From: a virus
Virus record (IMG/VR): IMGVR_UViG_3300045988_162372
DNA length: 64,000 nucleotides
Strand: one strand, 5' to 3'
In this document: positions 16,153 to 25,572 of the stretch, one piece after another
Position numbering within the stretch: position 1 is the first letter of the stretch
Layout of the letters: every line of letters starts with the position of its first letter
Position numbers and translations under genes: made by a program
The notes under the pieces: generated by a model
Database searches by the model: none
The model's input: the letters and a program-made list of their open reading frames with translations, nothing else
What the model was told of the DNA's origin: nothing

Positions 16153-16980
16153 ATGATTAAGAAAATATTTCATATTTCGGATATACATATCCCTAATTCA
16201 GAAGATAACCGCCCATACTCCAAAATGGTAGACGGGTTTCTAAAAGACTTAGTAACCCAAATAACACAGTGTGGTTGCAAACAAGATGAAGTAAGAATTG
16301 TTATTGTCGGTGATATATTCCATCAAAAAATCAAAGCATCCAATGAAGCGAAAAACACCTTCCATAAAATGCTTAATATATTAAACGCCCTTGCTAAAAC
16401 CATCATTGTGGCAGGTAATCACGATATGTTGGAGAACAACACTGATAGAATGGATTCAATCACTCCTACATTTGAAATTGCTGGAGCATATCCTAATATT
16501 GTCTATATAGATAAGGAGTTGAATTATAAGAGCGGATGTATTGTAGATGAAAATGTGACTTGGGCATTATTTTCAATGTTTGATAAATTCGCAAAACCTA
16601 TAATCCCTAAAAAAGAAAACAACGATAGCAGAATTATTGGATTGTATCATGGCGATGTGGCTGGTGCTGTCACTGATTTGGGAAGAATGACTGAAGATGG
16701 AATTGATACAAATGAATTTGAGGAATGTGATTGTATAATGGCTGGACATATTCATAAATTCCAGGAACTAAAAAAGAATGGAGTTTCTATTGTTTATCCT
16801 TCATCATTGTTCCAACAAAATGCAGGTGAGAATATTTCAATGCACGGTTATGTGGTATGGGATTTAGAGAATATGACTTATAAATTTCACGAAGTTCCAA
16901 ACGATTATAAGATATATAAATTTGAAATTGCATCTTATGATGATGTAAATAATGATGAGGAAAGATTATTGAATTTATAA
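16153..16980 (+). CDS. SbcD/Mre11/T4 gp47-like metallophosphoesterase nuclease
   Basis: The ATG at 16153 (MIKKIFHISDIHIPN) is preferred over the TTG at 16099. Calcineurin-like motifs are present: DIH, VGDIFH, GNHD and GHIH. Confidence 0.75.
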   Translation: MIKKIFHISDIHIPNSEDNRPYSKMVDGFLKDLVTQITQCGCKQDEVRIVIVGDIFHQKIKASNEAKNTFHKMLNILNALAKTIIVAGNHDMLENNTDRMDSITPTFEIAGAYPNIVYIDKELNYKSGCIVDENVTWALFSMFDKFAKPIIPKKENNDSRIIGLYHGDVAGAVTDLGRMTEDGIDTNEFEECDCIMAGHIHKFQELKKNGVSIVYPSSLFQQNAGENISMHGYVVWDLENMTYKFHEVPNDYKIYKFEIASYDDVNNDEERLLNL

Positions 16981-16983
16981 CAA

Positions 16984-17011
16984 AGAAGGATAGCCATTTG
17001 GTTATCCTTTT
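16984..17011. terminator. Bidirectional terminator between convergent genes
   Basis: AAGAAGGATA-gccatttggt-TATCCTTTT. On the + strand it is followed by ACTTTT. It overlaps the stop codon of the minus-strand gene at 17002. Confidence 0.6.
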
Positions 17012-18117
17012 ACTTTTAAGACGGTTTTTATATATTGCTTTCTTCTTTCTTTATTATATACTGTCATACCACAATATCTTATACCATTGAATTTCGCAGA
17101 ATCGGACTTACTTACATATATTACTTTATAATCCATTGTATATTCTTCTTTTGCATATCTTACTGTCGCAATTGAAGAAGATAGTCTTACATATATGTCA
17201 GAATCAGTTTCTTTTACACCATTATTATCTATTGCAGTATATACCTTTATTCTAACTTCATTACCATTCAAATCTATAATGTCAGGGTTCATAACTCCAT
17301 TTGTCTCCATACTAATATTTTCCTCAATGATAGGTTTTACAACATCAATGCTTCTTGCTGCCATTGTCTGTACTGATAATGTATTTGCCGTAATCTCCAT
17401 ATTCTCCAAGTCTGTACAATATACAAATTCTTCACTCTCTATTTTCGGTAATGTCAAATCAATTCCCTCATATTCTATAGATAATACAGCGTATATATTC
17501 CTTAAATCACTATGGGTTAAAATTACTTCATATCTTACTCCTGTAGTGATTATACCATGAGATGATATTGCCAAATTATAAGTCTTACTTTCTTGATTAC
17601 CAGTGTCATCATCCAATGGAGTTACTGAAAATTCAAAGGCGTTGTCGTATGATAGCCTTATATTTTCTTCCGCATCATATTCATTAATAGCGTTTATGTA
17701 AAAACCTTTTCTTCCACCTTTAACTGTTACTTTTATAACTTGGCTATTCTCTATTTCCGCTGGAAATGTCAATTCTATTATTTCTGGTGTTACTTCAAAA
17801 TTAATATTCTCTTGTGTTATATCCAATACTTGAAAAACTTCGTGGTCTGCCTTGTGATAGAATACAATATATCCTTCTTTCGTATAATTAGTGATATTAT
17901 TGGTTGACGGAACGATTGTAACTTCCCCTAAATTCCCGTTTGAAGAATTTCTCTTGACTGTTATCCAATCCATATCAGTTACAATGTCGTAACACTTTGA
18001 ATTACTAGATCCGTTCACGGTAACAGTTATTGTCTGTGGTTCAGGATTAAGCGCATCGAATGTTAAAGTATTCATACTTAATGCCAATGTATATTTACTA
18101 ATATCACCTTTCATCAA
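17002..18117 (-). CDS. Virion-associated protein, 371 aa, with Ig-like/BACON-like N-terminal pattern
   Basis: The pattern is TITVTVNGSSNS...DMDWITVKRNSSNGNLGEVTIVPSTNN...EGYIVF, which resembles BACON domains (from memory). It is the last gene of the structural operon. Confidence 0.5.
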   Translation of the reverse strand: MMKGDISKYTLALSMNTLTFDALNPEPQTITVTVNGSSNSKCYDIVTDMDWITVKRNSSNGNLGEVTIVPSTNNITNYTKEGYIVFYHKADHEVFQVLDITQENINFEVTPEIIELTFPAEIENSQVIKVTVKGGRKGFYINAINEYDAEENIRLSYDNAFEFSVTPLDDDTGNQESKTYNLAISSHGIITTGVRYEVILTHSDLRNIYAVLSIEYEGIDLTLPKIESEEFVYCTDLENMEITANTLSVQTMAARSIDVVKPIIEENISMETNGVMNPDIIDLNGNEVRIKVYTAIDNNGVKETDSDIYVRLSSSIATVRYAKEEYTMDYKVIYVSKSDSAKFNGIRYCGMTVYNKERRKQYIKTVLKVKG

Positions 18118-20618
18118 TCAAAATTCTCAAGTATTAATATGGCAGTAGATGGAATGACTTGCATAACATAATTCAATATTACATCATTAAAGTATTGTTT
18201 ATATAACCTACTGCTATGATTTATATTTCTCATTCTTATTACCTTACTGTTAAGATAATAGTTCTGTTTCAATTCATCTTTTGATACGATTTTAACCTTT
18301 CTATCACTATCTATTATTGCATTTGTAACGTCAAATGAATTGTCTTCTGCTTGTTCCACATATTCTTGTGCCAAATTATTAGTGTCTATTGCCCACTTGA
18401 AAGGTTGTGCCATATACTCGTAATAACTCTTTCCATTGTCATATTTTCCATATCCAACATGAGGATTATTTCCTATATTGATAGATATGACATTTTCCAA
18501 GTAATCAGCCTTTTTCTTAATATTCTCATCCGTTGCAAATGCTGTATTTTCCCATCCAGTAAAACTTGTGTCTGCCAAGTTATATTCATTGGTTACATAG
18601 AATGTATGTTTTACAACTGAAAGGTCTGTTATATCAGGGTAATAATCTATTATATTATCAATGTTTACAACATAATAAATATCCCCATTGCTTGCATCAT
18701 TTCTTGTTACATTCAACAAATCACTAATAGTTGATACAACTTTAAGATAATTGAAAGTTTCATTATAGGTAGTCATATCATCGCTTCCGTCCGAACCCCA
18801 TCCACCTGCTGTTTGGAAATATAAATATCCATCGTATTCCTTTGAACTGTCATAATAAGGAACTGTTATCAAATCATCTTCGTATGTTGTTGTAGTACCC
18901 TCTGTTACGGCCTTAGTTCCTATACTTACATCTTTCAACGGAACACCACTATACGGGTCTTCTTCATCATCATATAATCTCGGCTCTTGCTTATTGTAGT
19001 TTATATTGTAGAAAATGCCATGTACAATATCTGTATTTGCAGGAACAACAGAGCCATATTCTTCTTCTATAACATAGTCGCCTTTATCACTTCCAAAACC
19101 AAACATACCCATTACCATGTCAATGGATTGAACCGTTCCTTTGGTTGAGAATATCCTTTTGGAATTCAATATCATTCTTCTCATAAACTCGTTGTCCATT
19201 TTCTGAGGGGTTATGTTATCAGTGTTATATGCAGAATACCAATTCAATCCTTGCTCTTCAAGGAATTCCCTTGTTAATTTCATGTTGCTGACATCAACTA
19301 CCGCTGTATCATTCTCATTCTGTTTTAAGGCTGGTATTGTCGAATATGCCTCCCATCCTAATAATTCTGCTTTATCTGAAAGAAGTGCGTCAGCTTGATT
19401 ATTGAAACCGTCATAAGTTACACTATTCGTAAATTTGATACCATCTATTTCCCTTTTCAAATCATCAAGACTTCTTCCATACAGCCTTAATAATTGTTCA
19501 ACCCTTGTACCACCATCTATATTATCTTGTTCTTCTCCGTCGCTATATTCTCTTGTATAAGTCCAATCATAGTTCTTAATTGCTTCATGCGTCATACTTC
19601 TATACAAGTTGTCACATTCAGTGTTATCAAAATACGTTGCAATAGAAATAAGATTGTTCACAAATACCGTATAAGAAGGAGACTCTATATCAATCTGATA
19701 ACCAACTGACGGCCAAATATAATCACGATTGACATATTTTGTACCTGTTTGTCCTTCAATCGGTGTAATAAAAGTATTCTTGTATAATGGCGTTGTACTT
19801 CTATTTAATAGCTGTCTTTCAAACCCTTTAAGATTATTAAAATATTCCTCTATAATTTCATCTTTTGGCTTCACTACGAAATTTTGATTATCTGAAATAT
19901 AAATAACCATATTCTCAATCCACAATCCCTTTATTTCTAACGAATTGTTAATTGTAATAGTAAACAACACTCTTTCTCCATAGGAAAAATTTTGAGGGCA
20001 AGCCATGATCTCTTGATAATTATCACTTACTTTAATGTAGTAATCTGTTATATCATTTCCGTTCAACTGATAATTTTGGTAAGAATATGACATATATCTC
20101 ATTGGATTAATATCATCAGTAATCTCTATCTCTTTGTGATGCAAATCAATATTGAATGGATTACTAATAAAATAACATCCTGTTACATCCTTAAACTCAT
20201 CACCATCAACTTCTTGCAAGATTGAATTTGTTCCATTGAATTGTGCAGGAAAATCACGAATAATGCTTTCTATTGAAGCCCTTACCAGTTCAAGACATGA
20301 GCCAAAATAAGCATAGTCACGCAAATCATTACTTGAAGTATTTACTTTTACCTCGTTAGTATCAGCCTTTGCATCTTTTACATCATTATAAGAATATGTA
20401 CCAACCCAAGAACCATACTTGTGCTTCTTTTGATAATCTGAAACATTACTAATTGTGAATACGAAATTACTATCCTGATAATACGGTTTTTTACCAGGAA
20501 CGAATCTATTCAAACTACCAGTAGTTACCCAATCCCTATATAAAATAGTACCTTTGGTAGTCTGTTGGTGTTTCTTGCGTAGAATATAACTGCTATTATA
20601 TTTTATATATCTTGCCAT
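18114..20618 (-). CDS. Large structural protein of the baseplate/tail-fibre module, 834 aa
   Basis: Long ORF in the structural operon. It shares an ATGA overlap with the downstream gene. Confidence 0.7.
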   Translation of the reverse strand: MARYIKYNSSYILRKKHQQTTKGTILYRDWVTTGSLNRFVPGKKPYYQDSNFVFTISNVSDYQKKHKYGSWVGTYSYNDVKDAKADTNEVKVNTSSNDLRDYAYFGSCLELVRASIESIIRDFPAQFNGTNSILQEVDGDEFKDVTGCYFISNPFNIDLHHKEIEITDDINPMRYMSYSYQNYQLNGNDITDYYIKVSDNYQEIMACPQNFSYGERVLFTITINNSLEIKGLWIENMVIYISDNQNFVVKPKDEIIEEYFNNLKGFERQLLNRSTTPLYKNTFITPIEGQTGTKYVNRDYIWPSVGYQIDIESPSYTVFVNNLISIATYFDNTECDNLYRSMTHEAIKNYDWTYTREYSDGEEQDNIDGGTRVEQLLRLYGRSLDDLKREIDGIKFTNSVTYDGFNNQADALLSDKAELLGWEAYSTIPALKQNENDTAVVDVSNMKLTREFLEEQGLNWYSAYNTDNITPQKMDNEFMRRMILNSKRIFSTKGTVQSIDMVMGMFGFGSDKGDYVIEEEYGSVVPANTDIVHGIFYNINYNKQEPRLYDDEEDPYSGVPLKDVSIGTKAVTEGTTTTYEDDLITVPYYDSSKEYDGYLYFQTAGGWGSDGSDDMTTYNETFNYLKVVSTISDLLNVTRNDASNGDIYYVVNIDNIIDYYPDITDLSVVKHTFYVTNEYNLADTSFTGWENTAFATDENIKKKADYLENVISINIGNNPHVGYGKYDNGKSYYEYMAQPFKWAIDTNNLAQEYVEQAEDNSFDVTNAIIDSDRKVKIVSKDELKQNYYLNSKVIRMRNINHSSRLYKQYFNDVILNYVMQVIPSTAILILENFD

Positions 20619-20639
20619 ATCCTTATAACTGCTATTTTA

Positions 20640-21551
20640 TTAACTATTAATTAACTCATTATAATTTGCACTATTATCAAAACTATCCCTAATGCGTTTT
20701 CTTACCTCATACAAATCAGTTGTATTATATGTACTCTTCACTGTATAATGTTCAGCCTGATGGTAAATCTCTCCATTCTCGTTGTATGTGGTAACAAGTC
20801 CTTTGTCAAGGCTTCTAATCTGGTCACCTTCCAACATTGTTGATAACGTGTCCATATCATGTTCAACCATTTCAATCTCAATCATAATAGGGTCAAACTT
20901 TGTATTTGTGATAATTATCCTTTGGCTTGCGTTGCCTATAAACGGAGTTTGATTTGACTTGTATGAAGGGCTTGTAGATGGTGTGACGGTGAGAAAGCTC
21001 AATGTTCCACTATCATTGAAACGATATCCGTTTGAATTTGTATTGGCAGACGTAAGATTTTGTGAAACTGGTTCACATCTATTATTGCTTGTTATAATCC
21101 TATAATAATCCTGTCTTAAACTATCCTCATAATATTCAACACGATAGCCTATGAGATTATCATTTTCAAACATAGTAGAATTGTCGCCTGTTGTATTTAT
21201 GTCCACAACTATTCCTTTAATATCGGGATATGCTGAGAGAGTACCAATATCTTTTATATCACAGTAAAACTCAATAGGTTTGATAAAAACTGTATAAAAA
21301 CCAGTTCTACCAAATATATCAACTGGTAGTGATAATTCATACATACCAGGCAATCTATTATCACTTTCACCTGCTGAATCATCTGTTTCAAACACTGAAT
21401 TATCAAGCATAGAAGTAGGATTATCGACTTTTCTGAATCTTCTATACTGTTCATCCTCATTATTCCTTGTAGGTGTATATCTGTACCATATCTCAACGTC
21501 TTGTTCTACATTTATCAAAGACGGTCTTACAACGCCATATGTTCCGTTCAT
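20640..21551 (-). CDS. Structural-module protein, 303 aa
   Basis: Clean ORF. The nested ORF at 21254..21496 is rejected. Confidence 0.7.
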   Translation of the reverse strand: MNGTYGVVRPSLINVEQDVEIWYRYTPTRNNEDEQYRRFRKVDNPTSMLDNSVFETDDSAGESDNRLPGMYELSLPVDIFGRTGFYTVFIKPIEFYCDIKDIGTLSAYPDIKGIVVDINTTGDNSTMFENDNLIGYRVEYYEDSLRQDYYRIITSNNRCEPVSQNLTSANTNSNGYRFNDSGTLSFLTVTPSTSPSYKSNQTPFIGNASQRIIITNTKFDPIMIEIEMVEHDMDTLSTMLEGDQIRSLDKGLVTTYNENGEIYHQAEHYTVKSTYNTTDLYEVRKRIRDSFDNSANYNELINS

Positions 21552-21603
21552 TTACGTCAATTTATATATTCTATTATAAAAATAAGTAGCTGAAAAATGT
21601 TTT

Positions 21604-23334
21604 TCAACCAGTAACATCTTCTATTTTAAAGAATGATTGATTTTGATATAAGAGCATATCGTCAAGTGTCTTTACTTCACCCAATTTAATGTGCTTCTCC
21701 ATTGCTGCCGTGCTTCCCCTATCAATAAACACATCAACATTCGTATTGGGTATATAAGAAATTCCGTTATAATAATCACTTCTTAATAACCAATTATGTT
21801 CATAATCTCTCTCGCCTTTTACTTTTGCCGATATTTGGCTTTGTATAGAGGTTATCTGTACTATTGAACCATTAATATTCTTATCATGTGTCTGATTTGC
21901 TGTATATGTAACAAATTCATATTTCTTACTTCTACTTTCAATATCACCACGCACGTATGCATTAAAATTTTCTATATCAATAATATGTCCGTATGGATTA
22001 ATTACAAAATCAGTTATAATTTCACTATCTGATTCAACTGTATATCTATCCACATATTTTACACCATGATAACCATCTTCTGTATCCCTTTCAAAATTCT
22101 CAAAATAATACAATAGATTTCCGTCATCATCATATTTCTTGCCACTACAAGTTGCTTTGAAATGACAGCCTATATAATAGATGAACACTATTTCATAACG
22201 GTTGCTATCTTCGTTATATTCAAAATTTATTTCATCAATTATATCACCGTAAGCGTATAAATCTGTATAGACTTCACCTTCTTTTATCTCTTCATCTACT
22301 TTGTCTGTAAAAAACGCAATGTTTCCTAAATCATCATTTAACGTGTTATAAGTAATAACTTGTCCTACACGGTAATAATAAAGCCAATCGTAGCCATAAT
22401 CAGGATATGAGGTATTTCCAAGAGCGTCAGTATATTCCTTATATCTTCTTAAAGATTTCAGTTTGCTGTCAGTTGTAACAACTTCATCAACACCAATTAA
22501 AATATCCTCGTTTGTATCATCGGGTAATGCTTCCTTTATTAGTTCAAAGCAATTTTCCTCTTCATCTATATTGTATGGGAACAAGATAACATCCAACTCA
22601 TTATCCCAATACCCAGTATTTTCTTTTATACATACATATGTTTGATAGTTATAATAAACCAAATCCCCTACATTGTATTTTTTACCTCCTTCCCATACAT
22701 CTAAATAAGGAGTTAGTAAACCTAAATCATTCATTGTACAATTAAGGTTTATACTGAAATGCAAGGTTAATCTATCATCTGAAACGTATCCATAATATTC
22801 ATTTGCAACAGCGTTGGCTTCTTGAATACATTCTTGAAGAAATAACAACATTTTATCACCACCCATTTTTTCATATTTCTCACAATCACAACATATACTT
22901 TGTACACTCTCCATACCATTATTTATACCTGTTTCATAAGCATCACAAAGCTTATTCAGCTTCTTCATTTCATCGTATTGACTTTGTGCTGTCGCAATAT
23001 ATATGTAATCTGGTACTAACTCGTAAACATCTCGCGGATATTCTTCCTCACTTATCTCTTTCTTACCGATACCCTTATCAATAAAGGCAATTAAATTCCT
23101 ATCACCTTCTGTTGTGTCTTTATATCCGTAATAATAATTGATGAGTTCCCTATATGTATATGTCTTCCCATTATAAGTTATATTCTCAATAACTTTTCCA
23201 TAACAACCGTCAATGCTGTCAGTTGCTTTATGTATCGCAGAATTACCGTTTGCCTCATAATCAATATATGCAAATAATGCAGGTAGTCTTGACAATAACG
23301 GCTCTTTTGATATTTCATAAGAATATACTTTCAT
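21604..23334 (-). CDS. Structural-module protein, 576 aa, possibly a receptor-binding or fibre component
   Basis: The motif WEGGKKYNVGDLVYYNYQTYVCIKEN resembles carbohydrate-binding CBM5/12-type motifs seen in phage fibres (from memory). Confidence 0.6.
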   Translation of the reverse strand: MKVYSYEISKEPLLSRLPALFAYIDYEANGNSAIHKATDSIDGCYGKVIENITYNGKTYTYRELINYYYGYKDTTEGDRNLIAFIDKGIGKKEISEEEYPRDVYELVPDYIYIATAQSQYDEMKKLNKLCDAYETGINNGMESVQSICCDCEKYEKMGGDKMLLFLQECIQEANAVANEYYGYVSDDRLTLHFSINLNCTMNDLGLLTPYLDVWEGGKKYNVGDLVYYNYQTYVCIKENTGYWDNELDVILFPYNIDEEENCFELIKEALPDDTNEDILIGVDEVVTTDSKLKSLRRYKEYTDALGNTSYPDYGYDWLYYYRVGQVITYNTLNDDLGNIAFFTDKVDEEIKEGEVYTDLYAYGDIIDEINFEYNEDSNRYEIVFIYYIGCHFKATCSGKKYDDDGNLLYYFENFERDTEDGYHGVKYVDRYTVESDSEIITDFVINPYGHIIDIENFNAYVRGDIESRSKKYEFVTYTANQTHDKNINGSIVQITSIQSQISAKVKGERDYEHNWLLRSDYYNGISYIPNTNVDVFIDRGSTAAMEKHIKLGEVKTLDDMLLYQNQSFFKIEDVTG

Positions 23335-23337
23335 CTG

Positions 23338-25572
23338 TTAAATCATTTTTGCTTCATATAAGTTTATTGTCATAACATTGTCTTGGTAATGAACCCCACC
23401 ATATTCAGGGTTTGTGCCATAAAACTCATCATCCAAATAATATATATGTTGTTTGTGTATTTTATCATACTTATATTTGAAATGAATATAAGAATATTTC
23501 ATATATTGTCTTGCTCCATATTGACCATCAGTAATATTGCCTTCATTTCTCCATATCTCATTCTCGTCTTTTGTGGAATTCCAATCATTCAATATTTCCT
23601 TAAACGTCTTTATCCCTCTTTCCTTTAAAGGTTTGTCAGTTGCTTTTTCAAATTTAACTGGATCCCAAAAAGGCATCATAAAAGGAATAGTTCTACCATA
23701 TCCTGCGTGGTTAAATTCAACCTTCATATAGATATCTGACGGTATTACTCCACTTTCATTATCTTTCCATAAATACAGATAGAAACCATCACTTGAGGCA
23801 TTAGATTGAAATTTATCCTGTACGGTAAATTGACAACTTAACCTCAATTCTTCTATCTGGTCAATGTTGTCAAAAGCAACATCGTCCTCGTCTTTCAATA
23901 AATCTCCAGTAGGTTCTCTATCTACTCTTATCCCTACCAATTCTGTTTGGCTTTTTTCTGCATTGATAGTTTCTGTCTCAGTCTCTTCATCTGTTTCATA
24001 TACAACACTATTATAAGGAGTATCCTCGATATGGTTAATGTATTTACCGAACAATTTACCAGAATCTACGAATATAGTTGAATAATACAACAAATTCTGA
24101 TTACCTAAATTAAGGGAATCATAAAACATTATCCTAATAAAAGAACGACTTAATTTGTTCTTCTGATAACGTATATCAGAATTTTCAAATCCTAAATAGG
24201 TTAATAAATCAGATTGTTTGCTTCTATATATCTCTTTTTCTATATCGTCATCGGCTATTTGATTATACGAAAAATAATTTGGATATTTACCTTCATATTC
24301 TAATTCACCTACTTCGTCAATAAACTTAATCTTATTATTAGTTGTGTCCACATAACATCCATTCCAATATGTATCAGGTTCAACCAACCAATCATCACCT
24401 CTATGTTGTCTGAAATGCAAGTTGAAGACAATTTTCTCCACTTCCTTGTTTATTCCATCAACATAATCTCCTATTTTATAACCATTTTCATCTTCCTTGC
24501 TACTATCCCATATAACTGGATGATATACATCCTTCTCCATATCTGTAATCTTGTTGATTGCCTTGTTTCTTTCATCTTCAACATACTGTTCATTCAGTAT
24601 ATCTGATTGATATGTGTTAGTTTCAAAATTCATAGATAACGGTATGGAAATACGATATAATGGTTTTTCAATATAAATGAATATATTATTCGTATTCGTA
24701 AGAAAATTAGAATTTACAGATTTTTGGAAATATGGAGTTTCCCTATAAACTTTCAATCCGTTCACATCACCGAAAATAAGGTCGTTATCTTCTGTCTGTT
24801 CCTCATTGGTAAACACAACACTTCTTAATTTATTTATTGTTTCATCAGAACCATCAAATACATACGATAACTCATAAGGGTTTTCATACTGACATTCTAA
24901 TTCAACCAAACCATTCACACTACTTCCTTCATCACCTATATATGAAAAATCTATGAATATTGTAATCTTGTAATTTAATTCTTCACTCCCCTCTGTGTAT
25001 TCCCTTTCTTCAATAGGCGGATTGAATAAATGAGGTTGGTCGAAATATAAATACCATCTCTCTTCATCTGCATTGTAATCCTCAAAGTAACCTTCTGCTT
25101 TTAATTCCTCTATTGATTTGTCAATTGGCGTATCAGAGGTTTTTATACATTTATAGTATCTTCCATTAAATGAATAATAATTTCCTTTAATCGGATATGT
25201 ACTATTCTGTACATATTCTATAACTGTGAGGACTACCGATTGTCTGTTGAATGAATCTAATTGTAAATCATAATACTTATCCACTTGACAGGTGAATAAA
25301 CCTTTTTCCTGATTTACTTTCAAAAGGGTGTATGTGTCTTTGTATGTATAAGTTGTGCTATTCAAATCATTGTTATTGTTTGTTTCACAATTGACTTGAA
25401 TCTCAAGTTCCTGTCCTTCCTCAAATTTATAGTCCTTATCTGTAGGATAATAAAATATCATCAGGCTTTTATCACCTGTTTCAGACGGAAAATCGACCAT
25501 CTCAACCATATCAATATCCAACAGTTGTCTCTGTGATTGGACTTGTCTTCTATTTATCTGATACTTTAACAT
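23338..25572 (-). CDS. Structural-module protein, 744 aa
   Basis: Long ORF starting 4 nt after the stop of the upstream gene. A similar short motif is present (GNYYSFNGRYYKCIKT). Confidence 0.7.
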   Translation of the reverse strand: MLKYQINRRQVQSQRQLLDIDMVEMVDFPSETGDKSLMIFYYPTDKDYKFEEGQELEIQVNCETNNNNDLNSTTYTYKDTYTLLKVNQEKGLFTCQVDKYYDLQLDSFNRQSVVLTVIEYVQNSTYPIKGNYYSFNGRYYKCIKTSDTPIDKSIEELKAEGYFEDYNADEERWYLYFDQPHLFNPPIEEREYTEGSEELNYKITIFIDFSYIGDEGSSVNGLVELECQYENPYELSYVFDGSDETINKLRSVVFTNEEQTEDNDLIFGDVNGLKVYRETPYFQKSVNSNFLTNTNNIFIYIEKPLYRISIPLSMNFETNTYQSDILNEQYVEDERNKAINKITDMEKDVYHPVIWDSSKEDENGYKIGDYVDGINKEVEKIVFNLHFRQHRGDDWLVEPDTYWNGCYVDTTNNKIKFIDEVGELEYEGKYPNYFSYNQIADDDIEKEIYRSKQSDLLTYLGFENSDIRYQKNKLSRSFIRIMFYDSLNLGNQNLLYYSTIFVDSGKLFGKYINHIEDTPYNSVVYETDEETETETINAEKSQTELVGIRVDREPTGDLLKDEDDVAFDNIDQIEELRLSCQFTVQDKFQSNASSDGFYLYLWKDNESGVIPSDIYMKVEFNHAGYGRTIPFMMPFWDPVKFEKATDKPLKERGIKTFKEILNDWNSTKDENEIWRNEGNITDGQYGARQYMKYSYIHFKYKYDKIHKQHIYYLDDEFYGTNPEYGGVHYQDNVMTINLYEAKMI

